Shown: positions 49,417-59,271 of the stretch, piece by piece
How positions within the stretch are numbered: position 1 is the stretch's first letter
Layout: every line of letters starts with the position of its first letter
DNA from: an uncultured bacterium
Lineage (GTDB): Bacteria; Chloroflexota; Anaerolineae; J036; Brachytrichaceae
Direction of reading: 5' to 3'
DNA: 64,000 nucleotides
NCBI GenBank assembly: GCA_903921365.1
Contig: CAIXPS010000315.1
Location: forward strand, 19,629 to 83,628
Position numbers and translations under genes: made by a program
Notes under the pieces: model-generated
What the model saw: the letters and a program-made list of their open reading frames with translations, nothing else
What the model was told of the DNA's origin: nothing
Database searches by the model: none

Positions 49417-51231
49417 GACGGGCAAGCCGCGTTGATAGATCCACCACTCGGCCATCAGCAGGAGCAACGCCACAACCGCCAGCCAACCCCACATCTCGCG
49501 TTGCGAGTATTGTGGTTTTACCTCTGACGATGGCGTGACGCCGCCCACCTGCAGGTTTGGGTTCGGTGTGATTTTAGATTCAGCCGGGTTTGAGAACACA
49601 ACGGCGAATGTGCTATTGACATCCTTGAATTGAACCTTGTAGACGCCCAGTTGGTCTGTCTGTGCGAACCCGCGCTGATCGACCGCCACGCGGTTGCCAT
49701 CGGGTAACTGGACAATCGCGTCTCTGGGCAGGGCCACAACATCGCCAGGTCTGACACTTGCCGGTATGTTCAAGCCCTGTGGCGGCGCCAGCCACTCAAT
49801 CGTGTTGGCGATGAGAATAGGGAACGCAACCTGGAGCGGTAAGTCGCTGCGGCGCAGCTCAAACGGGATTAAAACCACACGCCCAAACGGTGCGTTCTCG
49901 CCGGTCATTTCACCGGCAAACAGCAGACGCCCCCCCTGTCCCTCTATGACTGGCTTGAGCCATGCGGGGGTATTCACCCGGCGCACTTCGCTGGTGTTCA
50001 CCGGGCGCCAGTCGACCGATTCGAGCACCGGGTGTTGCTCAGCCCGCACAAAGGCCGTATTGCTGAAACTACCGCTTGTGGTGAAGATGCTCTGTGCGCC
50101 GATAAACAGCACATTCGCGCGAGCGGGCAGCGTCATACTCAGCCCGTCCAACACATAGAGGTCGTAGGGTTTTCCATCAACTTGTTCTGAAGGTGTGATT
50201 GCCCGCGTCACTTGGAGGTTCGGCAGCACAGCAAGCGCTTGTTCAAGGAACTGATTCCCCGGCGTGAGCAGCAGGGCGCGGCGTGTGGCGTCTTTGGCGT
50301 TGACGACGTAGGCCACATCGTCCACTGGCAATGCATTGTGATTGGCCTGGTCGATTGACGCGCGCACCCACGCCGTGAGTGGATCGATGCCATTCACAGT
50401 CCAACTTACGGATTGACCTGCAGGAATATTAAGCGTGCGCGCATCCAGCAGGACGTTTTCCGAGTGCACTGACACAAGCACGCGGTCATCCTGGGAGCCG
50501 GTATTGGTGACGCGCACAAATGCGGCCAGCCCACGGTTGGTTTTTCGCAGCGATAAATTGGATATTGAGATGTTGTCTCCGCTGACGCCAATCGGGATAA
50601 AACGCGCGTTGCCGGTCAATAACTGCAGATCATCTGCATTGACGCCGTCGCTCAGGATCAGCGTCGTCGCGGCGTTGTCTGTGCTATTGCTTCCGGCGGC
50701 AGCCGCTGCCAGTGCTACGCCGGCGCTCCAGTTGGCTGCCGCCAGCGAAGGCTGTGCGACATCGAGCGCGGCATTGAGTTCACTCTTGTTTGTGGTGGCG
50801 CTCGCCAGCGCGCGCGGAGAGCCATCCACGAGAATGAGCGACATCTCGTTATTCGGGCCGAGTTCGTCAATCAGCTTGCGGACTTCGGCTTTGGCTGCAT
50901 CAAACCGCGTGGGGGAGACATCGGTTGCGCGCATACTGGCCGAGCCATCGAGCAACACGACAATTCGACCGCTCAGTGTCGACGGCAGATTCAGGTAGGG
51001 TCGCGTGAGCGCGAAAACGAGGAATGCCAGTGTGAGTAATTGCAGCAGGAGTAATAAGTTGCGCCTGAGCCGTTGCCACAGGGTATTGGCCTCGCGGTCG
51101 AGAATGACCTGTCGCCATAGCAGTGTGCTTGATACTGTTTGTTCGCGCCGCTGCAGGCGCAATAGGTATAGGAGAACAATCGGGATTGCAAGCAGCGCCG
51201 CAACCAGCGCGATCGGGTTCAGGATGTTCAT
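49396..51231 (-). CDS. BatA-domain / VWA membrane protein
   Basis: PIVLLYLL..VSSTLLW BatA region; MIDAS DGSASM; C-terminal EWWIY TM. Confidence 0.88.
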   Translation of the reverse strand: MNILNPIALVAALLAIPIVLLYLLRLQRREQTVSSTLLWRQVILDREANTLWQRLRRNLLLLLQLLTLAFLVFALTRPYLNLPSTLSGRIVVLLDGSASMRATDVSPTRFDAAKAEVRKLIDELGPNNEMSLILVDGSPRALASATTNKSELNAALDVAQPSLAAANWSAGVALAAAAAGSNSTDNAATTLILSDGVNADDLQLLTGNARFIPIGVSGDNISISNLSLRKTNRGLAAFVRVTNTGSQDDRVLVSVHSENVLLDARTLNIPAGQSVSWTVNGIDPLTAWVRASIDQANHNALPVDDVAYVVNAKDATRRALLLTPGNQFLEQALAVLPNLQVTRAITPSEQVDGKPYDLYVLDGLSMTLPARANVLFIGAQSIFTTSGSFSNTAFVRAEQHPVLESVDWRPVNTSEVRRVNTPAWLKPVIEGQGGRLLFAGEMTGENAPFGRVVLIPFELRRSDLPLQVAFPILIANTIEWLAPPQGLNIPASVRPGDVVALPRDAIVQLPDGNRVAVDQRGFAQTDQLGVYKVQFKDVNSTFAVVFSNPAESKITPNPNLQVGGVTPSSEVKPQYSQREMWGWLAVVALLLLMAEWWIYQRGLPVLRRKKL

Positions 51232-51253
51232 CGATTCACCGCTGGCAGTTGTC

Positions 51254-52168
51254 TCATGCAATCCACCCCGCATGGCGCAGATCGCGCAGGACGATCTTTT
51301 CCACCGCTTCCCCGGTGTCTGTCAGGTGGTACTTGCCGCCACGACGCCGGCAGAATTCCGAAAGTTCACCCGTCCACTGCGTCAACCGTTGGCGATACTG
51401 ATTCAGCGCGGCATCGTCCAGGCTGATGTCCTGGGTCGCGGAGGTTTCAATATCGCGCAGTCGCAGGTCGCCGGCAAATTCTGGATCAAGCTCTGCCGGG
51501 CTGAGCGTGTGCAGCACGTTGAGGTCCAGGCGGCTGCTTCCAAGCGCATTTAACCCATCGGCATAGCCATCGGGATCGAGAAAGTCGGATATGACGATAC
51601 ACAACCCGGGGCGAGCGTCGAGCGCATAGCGCTTCCACCAGTTGTTCAGGTTGGTGCTCTGAGTAACCCGGTTCGGGGAAACTCGGCCATCTGCGATCTC
51701 AGCAGGAAGCGTTTCGCGTTCGATGAACTCAATCACGCCGGATGTTGCGGCCACACCGCGTTTTGGCCCATAGCGCGCGCGCGAACTGGTCTCGATGACA
51801 AGCCGGTCTCCGGAGATGAGTGTGATGTAGCACATTGCCACTGCCAGTTGTGAAGCGCGTTCCCACTTTGGCGATGAGGGCGCGTTTTCTTCTCGCCATT
51901 GCATGGACGGGCTCGCATCAAGCAACACGTGAACCGTCAGGTCTTCCTCGTCCTCATACAGTTTGATGTAGGGGCGCTCGAGTCGCGCGTATATGTTCCA
52001 GTCCACGCGGCGCGGGTCGTCGCCAGGGGTGTAATCGCGGTAATCGGCAAACTCGACGGAACGCCCGCGCCGCGGGCTGCGTCGTTCGCCGGTGGTTACA
52101 CCTGGCCGGCGTCGTGGTTGCACAAACTGCAGACTACTCAACGAACGAAGAATCGGTTCGATTTGCAT
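51254..52168 (-). CDS. DUF58 domain protein
   Basis: GRSVEFADYRDYTPGDDPRRVDWNIYAR and DASPSM. Confidence 0.92.
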   Translation of the reverse strand: MQIEPILRSLSSLQFVQPRRRPGVTTGERRSPRRGRSVEFADYRDYTPGDDPRRVDWNIYARLERPYIKLYEDEEDLTVHVLLDASPSMQWREENAPSSPKWERASQLAVAMCYITLISGDRLVIETSSRARYGPKRGVAATSGVIEFIERETLPAEIADGRVSPNRVTQSTNLNNWWKRYALDARPGLCIVISDFLDPDGYADGLNALGSSRLDLNVLHTLSPAELDPEFAGDLRLRDIETSATQDISLDDAALNQYRQRLTQWTGELSEFCRRRGGKYHLTDTGEAVEKIVLRDLRHAGWIA

Positions 52169-52172
52169 GTCG

Positions 52173-53189
52173 CTATAGCAGGCTCAGTATCCTGTCGGTC
52201 AACGCGCGAGTTGACGCCTGACCGCCCATGTCCGCCGTCCGAAGCCCCTGGTCAATGGCCGCATACACCGCGCTCTCAACCCGGTCTGCTTCTTCAGACA
52301 TGTGCCAATGATACCGGAGAAGCAGGGCGGCGCTCAGGATGGCGCCGCTCGGATTGGCGATGCCTTTGCCGGCAATGTCTGGCGCGCTGCCATGCACCGG
52401 TTCCGCAATCGCCACACCCCGCCCGATATTGAGCGCCGGCGCGACGCCCATGCCGCCGCCCCATACGCTCGCGACGTCGGATAGGATGTCGCCGAAGAGG
52501 TTGGTTGTAACGATGACGTCGAACTGCTGCGGGCGGGATGCCAGCAGCATGGCGGCTGTATCAACGAGCAACTCGTTTATTGTTACAGCAGGGAAGTCGA
52601 CGCCAACCGCGCGCGCGCAATCACGGAATCTTCCATCTGTAATTGGCAGAATGTTGGCTTTGTGCACGATGGTGAGCTGTTTGCGCGGACGTCCGTTAGC
52701 CAGTTCAAAAGCCACGCGCGCGATGCGTTCCGACGCGCTTTTTGTGATGACGCGTTCGGCAATGGCTTCCTCGCCACGCATGTACTCTCGCCCGATATAC
52801 AACCCCTGAGTGTTTTCGCGCGCGATGAGCAGGTCAATCGGCGCCCCGCTGATGCGCCTCACGCCGTCGGCGGCATTCAGCTCGCGCGTAGGCCGCAGGT
52901 TGGCGTATAGATCAAAGTGTTGGCGCATCTGGACGATAGGGCTGCGATATCCTTCGACCTTTCTGGATGGCGACGATACGGCGCCGAACAGCGCTGCGCC
53001 GCAACTCTCGATGGCGCTGAGGGTCGCATCGGGCAACGCGTTGCCAGTGCGGGTGAAACAGTCCCAGCCGGCATCGGCCTGGACGAGGTTCAGGTTGGCA
53101 GTGACACGCTGGAGCACTTCGACGGCGCACGGGATGACTTCGCGCCCGACGCCATCGCCGGGGATAACACACAAGTTGAGCGGTTTCAT
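52173..53189 (-). CDS. Isocitrate/isopropylmalate dehydrogenase family, probably homoisocitrate dehydrogenase
   Basis: PGDGVGREV, RENTQGLY, HKANIL, NLFGDILSD and EPVHGSAPDIAG. Confidence 0.88.
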   Translation of the reverse strand: MKPLNLCVIPGDGVGREVIPCAVEVLQRVTANLNLVQADAGWDCFTRTGNALPDATLSAIESCGAALFGAVSSPSRKVEGYRSPIVQMRQHFDLYANLRPTRELNAADGVRRISGAPIDLLIARENTQGLYIGREYMRGEEAIAERVITKSASERIARVAFELANGRPRKQLTIVHKANILPITDGRFRDCARAVGVDFPAVTINELLVDTAAMLLASRPQQFDVIVTTNLFGDILSDVASVWGGGMGVAPALNIGRGVAIAEPVHGSAPDIAGKGIANPSGAILSAALLLRYHWHMSEEADRVESAVYAAIDQGLRTADMGGQASTRALTDRILSLL

Positions 53190-54397
53190 GATTTACTCTG
53201 GTTCAGTTGAGGGGATTCTACTGGCGACTTAGTTTGTGGTTGTGGTGTTTGCAGCGATAGCGCTGCTTTCGCTTTCATGATGGCGGAGTGTTGCTGGTGC
53301 AGTGTCGCCTGGCGCAGTTGATGTTGATAAGCGCGCGTATACAGCAGCACTGCAAGGGTTGCGAGCGAGAGCAGAGCCGCAGAAAACTGCTCAACATAAA
53401 ACGTGAAGACGTTGACAACACACAAATTCAGGATAAGCGCCAGTTGCACCCAGAATAGCCCGTATAGCTTGCGCCCCGTGAGGAAAATAATGACGCCATA
53501 CAAGGTGATTCCGGCTGTGATCACGTTTAACAACAAGTCGATATCACTGATCGACATGTCGAACGGCGAGAATGCCCTGAGTCCTGCTGACACATACAAC
53601 TGCTGGATCGAGGCAGCTATTGACGGAGCGATGACAGGCAGGATCAGCGACACAAAAAAAGCTGTTAACGATGCCAGGCTATTCAGGGTCAGCACGGTCA
53701 ACAGGGCGATCGTTGAAACCTTCTGACGGTGAATGAACTGCCGGAGAGCCCAGTGTTCAACTTGCCCGCTGATGATCTGCCAGCGCGACTGACCCGGTTT
53801 CACTGCTTCGCTGTCGGCAAAAACCTGCAATGCTTGCGCGAGCGCCACATGATCGGGGTCTTTCAGGTTTTTGACGATGTAGTTCAGGTCGGCATCGACG
53901 TGGCGATGCCATTGGTCTGTTTGACGTCCTTCCAGCAACAACTCGGCATCCTCTAACGCACTGACCACCAACTCCTCGTCCGTCGCTTTTCGGCCGTGCC
54001 GGCGCAGCAGGAAGAATACCAGCGCGATGATCAGCGACACGATATAGATAATCGGAGCCGCGGGTTTGAAGAAATAGTCGTTGTTTGCCGTGATGAACTT
54101 GCCGACTTCATCAAAGAACAACCCCAGCCCGATTCCTGTGAGGATTGAGCCAATGCGCTGTGCGGTGGGCGAGGCGTAGATGAGCATCAACAGGCAGGCG
54201 GTTGTCAACATGATGCCGCCATACAACAAGTGCGCGATGTGCAGCGTTGAGTTTCCAAGCCGGGGGTATCCTGTCAGATCAAGGAAAATGCGCACAATCA
54301 GAACTGTGGCGCCGAAGGCGACCAGCACGTTCAACACGAGTTGAGGCGAGTTGGTGCGGTGAACGAGAGTTGGGAGTTTCGGTTTGGGAAATCTCAT
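53186..54397 (-). CDS. Conserved multi-TM hypothetical protein
   Basis: HIAHLLYGG and GLFFDEVGKFIT..NDYFF motifs; start uncertain. Confidence 0.7.
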   Translation of the reverse strand: MRFPKPKLPTLVHRTNSPQLVLNVLVAFGATVLIVRIFLDLTGYPRLGNSTLHIAHLLYGGIMLTTACLLMLIYASPTAQRIGSILTGIGLGLFFDEVGKFITANNDYFFKPAAPIIYIVSLIIALVFFLLRRHGRKATDEELVVSALEDAELLLEGRQTDQWHRHVDADLNYIVKNLKDPDHVALAQALQVFADSEAVKPGQSRWQIISGQVEHWALRQFIHRQKVSTIALLTVLTLNSLASLTAFFVSLILPVIAPSIAASIQQLYVSAGLRAFSPFDMSISDIDLLLNVITAGITLYGVIIFLTGRKLYGLFWVQLALILNLCVVNVFTFYVEQFSAALLSLATLAVLLYTRAYQHQLRQATLHQQHSAIMKAKAALSLQTPQPQTKSPVESPQLNQSKS

Positions 54398-54428
54398 TTG
54401 CCTGTATTTTATCTGGTTGCAGCCGTTT

Positions 54429-55508
54429 CTACTTATCGACGACGACAAGGCGAGATATTTCGTTTCCGATTGCATCGGTGTTCACATACTGGTTTGCCAG
54501 GATGATGATCGTGATATGCTCTTTCTGGAAACGGGTGATCAATGTTGAAAAGCCCGCCAGGACGCCGGCGTGTTCCACTACGGCGCGGTTAAGGCGCTTG
54601 CGGATGAACCAGCCATAACCGTAACTCTCGGCGGATGCGCCAGCCGTCCGGACATACGCCTTGAACAGCAGTTTCTCCATTCTTGCCGGAAGCAGCGTGT
54701 TTGCATCCAGTGCGTTTGACCAACGGCCTAAATCCTCGATGGAGGCATACAGACCACCGGGCGCATAAGCCACGGACATATCCATGTAGTCTGATCGCTC
54801 AGCGTCATCATAGCCGACCGCCAGATCAGTTCCAATCGCATTATCAGGGTCATAACCGCTATCGTTCATCTGCAACGGGTCAAAGATGTTCTCGCGCAGG
54901 AACTGCGCCAAAGATTCAGCTGATACCTGCTCGATCACATACCCCAGCAGCGCGTAGCCAGAATTGCTGTAGCGCCAGCCTGTGCCCGGCGCAAACCAGA
55001 GCGGCTTGTTGCGAAACCAGCCGATCAATTCCGTCGGGTTGTGGGGGTATCCCATTTGCGCGCCGAAGTCGTTGAAAGACATGTAATCTTGAATGCCGGA
55101 AGTATGGGTCAGCAAGTGATGGAGCGTGATATCCTTCCATGCGCGCGGGCAGTCGGGGATGTGCGCGCAGACATGATCCCGCACAGACAACTTGTGTTGT
55201 TTCTGCAGGATCAGGATCGACATGGCGATGAATTGTTTGCTGACCGATGCGAGGATATAGCGCGTCTGGGGTGTGTTCGAAACCCCATTCTCTCGGTCGG
55301 CCAGCCCATAGCCTTTGCTGAACAGGATATCGCCGTTTTTCGACACCAGCACTGATCCACTGAAGGCGCCGGTTGCGGTGAGGTGACTCAGATAAGCGTC
55401 AATCCGGGTTGTCGGGCTCGTTGGAGCGCCCTCTTCGGCATTTACCGTTAGAGTCGAAGTGCCGAAAACCAGCGACACGCAGATGAGGAAGACAACAAGC
55501 CTGGACAA
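54429..55508 (-). CDS. Secreted class C beta-lactamase-like serine hydrolase
   Basis: SVSK, LLTHTSG, YSN and HAG; signal peptide; TTG start after GGGAG is inferred. Confidence 0.9.
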   Translation of the reverse strand: MSRLVVFLICVSLVFGTSTLTVNAEEGAPTSPTTRIDAYLSHLTATGAFSGSVLVSKNGDILFSKGYGLADRENGVSNTPQTRYILASVSKQFIAMSILILQKQHKLSVRDHVCAHIPDCPRAWKDITLHHLLTHTSGIQDYMSFNDFGAQMGYPHNPTELIGWFRNKPLWFAPGTGWRYSNSGYALLGYVIEQVSAESLAQFLRENIFDPLQMNDSGYDPDNAIGTDLAVGYDDAERSDYMDMSVAYAPGGLYASIEDLGRWSNALDANTLLPARMEKLLFKAYVRTAGASAESYGYGWFIRKRLNRAVVEHAGVLAGFSTLITRFQKEHITIIILANQYVNTDAIGNEISRLVVVDK

Positions 55509-55538
55509 TTTAAGAGTGAACTCCCTGCCATATCTGTA

Positions 55539-55607
55539 GCAAAGGGCAACCGGTTGCAAAGGGCAACTGTCTGTGGCAACGGGCAACCGCGAGGGATTGC
55601 CCCCTAC
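55539..55607. repeat. GTAG-type REP-like palindrome with degenerate tandem copies
   Basis: Minus strand GTAGGGGGCAATCCCTCGCGGTTGCCC; GCAA(A/C)GGGCAAC x3. Confidence 0.6.
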
Positions 55608-55653
55608 CGAGCAACAAACCGAAGACCACTAATGTGGTGAATGATATACCCGG

Positions 55654-55698
55654 AAGGTTGCGAGAGTTGCCAAGGTTGCGAAAGTCGCGAAGGTCGAC
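55654..55698. repeat. Degenerate 9-bp tandem repeat x5
   Basis: AAGGTTGCG/AGAGTTGCC/AAGGTTGCG/AAAGTCGCG/AAGGTCGAC. Confidence 0.65.
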
Positions 55699-55789
55699 GC
55701 AGGGGTGTGATTGTAGCAATGACCAGGTATGCGAAATGCGATTAACACGGAACGCAGGACAGGCTAAGACAGGCTAAGATTGTAGTGTT

Positions 55790-56239
55790 GTGGAAGAAAA
55801 TCCTGTTTCCGACAATGTCATGATCATCAAAGACAGCGTGCGCATCCCGTATGCTGATCTCTCGTTTCGCACTGCGCGCAGCAGCGGCCCAGGCGGCCAG
55901 CACACGAATAAAACCGAGACAGCCGTGGAGTTGCTATTCGATCTGGCCAACACTACCTGGCTGACTGCGGCTGAGCGGGCGCAGGCGATACAACGGCTGG
56001 CGTCTTACCTCGACTCCAGCGGCGTGTTGCATCTCGAGTCTCAGTCAGAGCGCAGCCAGTTGCGGAATCGTGAAGAAGTCACCGCCCGGTTTGTTGCGCT
56101 GCTAAAGGCTGCGCTTGTGCCAGTGAAGCATCGTCGCAAGACCAAGCCATCGCGCGCCGCCCGTGAGCGCAGGCTCGCGCACAAGCACCAAGTTGGAGAT
56201 GTAAAAAGCGCGCGTCGCCGGCCATCGCATGACGAATAA
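55790..56239 (+). CDS. arfB: Alternative ribosome-rescue factor B (peptidyl-tRNA hydrolase)
   Basis: RSSGPGGQH.NK, RSQLRN and basic tail RRKTKPSRAARERRL. Confidence 0.94.
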   Translation: MEENPVSDNVMIIKDSVRIPYADLSFRTARSSGPGGQHTNKTETAVELLFDLANTTWLTAAERAQAIQRLASYLDSSGVLHLESQSERSQLRNREEVTARFVALLKAALVPVKHRRKTKPSRAARERRLAHKHQVGDVKSARRRPSHDE

Positions 56240-56270
56240 AAACGGCAGCAATGACGATTGCTGCCGTTTT
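56239..56270. terminator. Bidirectional terminator between arfB and the qcr operon
   Basis: AAAACGGCAGCAAT-gacg-ATTGCTGCCGTTTT. Confidence 0.85.
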
Positions 56271-56313
56271 ATACAGTGCTCAGTGGGCAGTGCGTCTGCC
56301 CGCCAAAGCCTTG

Positions 56314-57441
56314 CTACTTCTTGGGTTTCTCCGGCGCGCCAGCCTTCACCCACCGCTCGAAGATCGCAACCAGATCGGGGCTGAGCGCCTTGGTCGGCGG
56401 CATCTCACCGCCGGCGTCGATCTTTTCTCGATGGATCATGCGGATCAGATTCGAGTTCAGGTCGCCCGGAACGACGTTCGGTTTGTGATCGCCGCTGTTC
56501 ATCACATCGGCGTAGCTGCCCATCACGTAGTTGTTGTTTTCCTTGCCGGGGCGGTGACAAGACACGCAGTATCGTTTCACGATGGGCGCGATGTTGACGT
56601 CATAGGAGGGAATGTCAGTTGGCCCAAGCGTTGGGATCGCGTTCGTTTGCGCGGCTTCCTTGGGGAGTTCCACACGGTTGTCCCATGTGTAGCGCAGGTA
56701 AGTAACCAGGTTTCCAATGTCGCTGCGTGAGAGTTCTCCGCCGAAGGCTTTGCCAAAGGGCGGCATGCCCAGGCTGGGCTGACCGTACTCGATGATGTTG
56801 TACAGGGTGTCATCCGAGCGGGTGTACATCTCGTCCTGGGAGTTGATCGGTTTCATCTTGAACCCTTCCAACCCCTTCACGCCCTTGATCACACCGCCTT
56901 CACCTTCTGCCCCGTGACACTCGTTGCACTGCACCGAGTAGAAGTCCAGGCCGGCCGCGATTTTTGCGGGCAGGGTGGTGGCGACGGCGCCTACGTCCTT
57001 TTGTGGCGGCGTCGTAATGACCGCCCGAATTGTCAGGAACACCATGGCGGCCACAACGACGCTCATGAATGTCAGCGCAAATTTGCGTCGCTTCCAGTGC
57101 CGGTTGGGATTCTTGTCATAAAACGGCAGCAATAACAAAGCGATGACTGCCGCGCCCGGGATGATCGTTGTGCCGACCCACTCGATACTGCCGGGAAAGA
57201 ACTTCAACATCTCGAACAGGAAGAGGAAGTACCACTCTGGTCGCGGGATGTAGGTCGTGTCGCTTGGGTCAGCGCGCGGTTCCGCGGCAACGCCAATGAA
57301 TGCCGCCAAACCTACCAGCAGCAGGAACAGCGCAATTGCGATCAGCAGGTCTTTATAAAGGGTGTCCGGGAAGAATTTCTCGCCGTTGCGCTTGGCGCGC
57401 TTGTACTTTTCGTTGTACTGGGCTTTTTGTATATCGTTCAT
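56314..57441 (-). CDS. qcrC: Cytochrome b subunit IV fused to two c-type cytochrome domains
   Basis: PRPEWYF; CNECH and CVSCH heme-binding motifs, each followed by MPP. Confidence 0.88.
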   Translation of the reverse strand: MNDIQKAQYNEKYKRAKRNGEKFFPDTLYKDLLIAIALFLLLVGLAAFIGVAAEPRADPSDTTYIPRPEWYFLFLFEMLKFFPGSIEWVGTTIIPGAAVIALLLLPFYDKNPNRHWKRRKFALTFMSVVVAAMVFLTIRAVITTPPQKDVGAVATTLPAKIAAGLDFYSVQCNECHGAEGEGGVIKGVKGLEGFKMKPINSQDEMYTRSDDTLYNIIEYGQPSLGMPPFGKAFGGELSRSDIGNLVTYLRYTWDNRVELPKEAAQTNAIPTLGPTDIPSYDVNIAPIVKRYCVSCHRPGKENNNYVMGSYADVMNSGDHKPNVVPGDLNSNLIRMIHREKIDAGGEMPPTKALSPDLVAIFERWVKAGAPEKPKK

Positions 57442-57457
57442 TATCAACGTCCTGTGA

Positions 57458-58120
57458 TCAGTCGTTTTCCTTGGGAACAGACGAGATGCCAAGGCGAATC
57501 ACCAGGTACAGGTGGACGCCGATTAATGCGATGATGACGGCAGGCAGCATCCAGATATGTGCTGAGAAGAAGCGCGCTAGTGTGACTGCGCTGAGGTCTG
57601 AGCCGCCGCGCAATGCGCGCAGAATGAAGTCTCCGATGCCTGGGACGCTGCCCGCGATCGAGGTGCCGACTGTAGTCGCCCAATAGGCTTTCTGATTCCA
57701 CGGCAGCAGATACCCCGTGAAACCCATTCCAAGTGTGGCTAGAAGCAAAAACACGCCGGTTGTCCAGGTGATTTCGCGCGGGTATTTATAGGCTGCGTAG
57801 AAAAAGACGCGCAGCATGTGGATGAAGACGGTGATCACCATCAGGGTGGCGCCCCAGTGGTGAATCCCGCGAATCAGCCAGCCGAATGCAACGCCGGTCA
57901 TGATGTACTCGATGCTGTCGTATGCCTTGTCGGGCGACGGCACATAGTAGACCGACAGCATAATGCCTGTCACTAGCTGCATTACAAACAGGAATAAAGT
58001 CGCGCTGCCCAGGGTGAACCACCAGTTCACTTTGGGGACCATCCGGTCCAGGGTGGTCTTGTAGATTGTGGTCAGACCCAGACGCTCATCCAGCCAGGGG
58101 AAAACTCGCTTACTTATCAT
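57458..58120 (-). CDS. qcrB: Cytochrome b6-type N-terminal subunit
   Basis: GWLIRGIHHWGA..HMLR, TGYLLPW and RFFSAH..GVHL. Confidence 0.94.
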   Translation of the reverse strand: MISKRVFPWLDERLGLTTIYKTTLDRMVPKVNWWFTLGSATLFLFVMQLVTGIMLSVYYVPSPDKAYDSIEYIMTGVAFGWLIRGIHHWGATLMVITVFIHMLRVFFYAAYKYPREITWTTGVFLLLATLGMGFTGYLLPWNQKAYWATTVGTSIAGSVPGIGDFILRALRGGSDLSAVTLARFFSAHIWMLPAVIIALIGVHLYLVIRLGISSVPKEND

Positions 58121-58168
58121 GGATTGCCTTAAAGAACGGTATAACTGCAGATGCACACGACGCGGTTG

Positions 58169-58654
58169 TTATGACGCGAGGACTCGGATAAACAGCGTGC
58201 CATTGTCCATTTTTGTCTCGTACTGATCCATTGGCCGTGGCGGAGGGCCGGATAGCACGACGCCTTCCCGGCTGAAGCGCGCATCATGGCACGGGCACGC
58301 ATAGGTGTCGGAATCCTTGCTATAGGATACGCGGCAGCCCAGGTGGGTGCACACAGTCGAGAGCACTTTGATTTTGTCGCCGTCGCCGCGCAATACGTAA
58401 ACACTATAGCTGTTGACGGTTTTCTCCCAACCGTTCACTTTGGTGCGGGTAAAACTAAACTGAGTGGGCACGTTAGGCGGGTAGTTATCAAGCTTGCCAA
58501 CAGGCACCCATGCATCTGTTTTGGCCCCGTTAAGCGCGGGTGAGATCAAATAGCCAATAATGGGCAAACCAACCACAACGCCCATAATCGAACCCGCGAA
58601 AGCCATCACGGACGTGATGAACCCTCTGCGGGTGACATTACTGGAACGAGCCAT
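58169..58654 (-). CDS. qcrA: Rieske iron-sulfur subunit
   Basis: Tat motif TRRGFI; CTHLGC and CPCH; GPPPRP. Confidence 0.95.
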   Translation of the reverse strand: MARSSNVTRRGFITSVMAFAGSIMGVVVGLPIIGYLISPALNGAKTDAWVPVGKLDNYPPNVPTQFSFTRTKVNGWEKTVNSYSVYVLRGDGDKIKVLSTVCTHLGCRVSYSKDSDTYACPCHDARFSREGVVLSGPPPRPMDQYETKMDNGTLFIRVLAS

Positions 58655-58869
58655 CCAATACCTCCATCGAAATGTGTTGTACTAATACAGTATCCATCTA
58701 TAACCGGTGTGTATCAAGGTCTAAAGAGAACGGAATTGTAGAGCAGTTTACAAACAATGTCATTGACATACTTCACTATCTGTCATAGTCGATTATCACT
58801 TTGACAGGATGAAATATCCAGTAATAATGATACGACAGGTTGGCTTGTAATAACAATTGGAGGAACACA

Positions 58870-59259
58870 ATGAGTGATGGCCGAAATCCCGGGCTTGAAG
58901 GATTGGGATATAAGCGCGCAGGAACGATGTGGTCGTGGATGCTGCACCGCGTTACTGGCGTGGGCATGCTGGTGTTTGTGGCAATGCATGTGATTGCAGC
59001 ATTTTCGCTGCAAAATCTAGGTGGCGGTGGATTTGGAAAGGTATTCAACTCGTTGTTTGAATCCTGGCCATTTCAGAGCTTTATCTATTTTTGTGTGATA
59101 TTCCACGCCCTCAATGGCGCGCGCGTGATTATCCTGGATACGTGGCCGAAGCTGCTGCAACATCAACGTGAAGCGACCTGGTTGACGTGGTTGATCTTCA
59201 TCCCGATCTATGGTCTGACGCTTCTCATTCTCATCCAGAAGGGACTTTCCGGCGGTTAA
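58870..59259 (+). CDS. Second SdhC-like cytochrome b membrane anchor
   Basis: WMLHRVTG, AMHV and FHALNGARVIILD; GGAGG RBS. Confidence 0.85.
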   Translation: MSDGRNPGLEGLGYKRAGTMWSWMLHRVTGVGMLVFVAMHVIAAFSLQNLGGGGFGKVFNSLFESWPFQSFIYFCVIFHALNGARVIILDTWPKLLQHQREATWLTWLIFIPIYGLTLLILIQKGLSGG

Positions 59260-59271
59260 GGAGTCATAACG

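Noticed and set aside
54429..55508. Antibiotic-resistance beta-lactamase
   Set aside because: Generic class C-like serine hydrolase; the sequence alone cannot support a resistance function
55539..55780. Repeat cluster as a possible CRISPR array
   Set aside because: Units are 9-12 bp and degenerate, with no regular spacers and no cas genes
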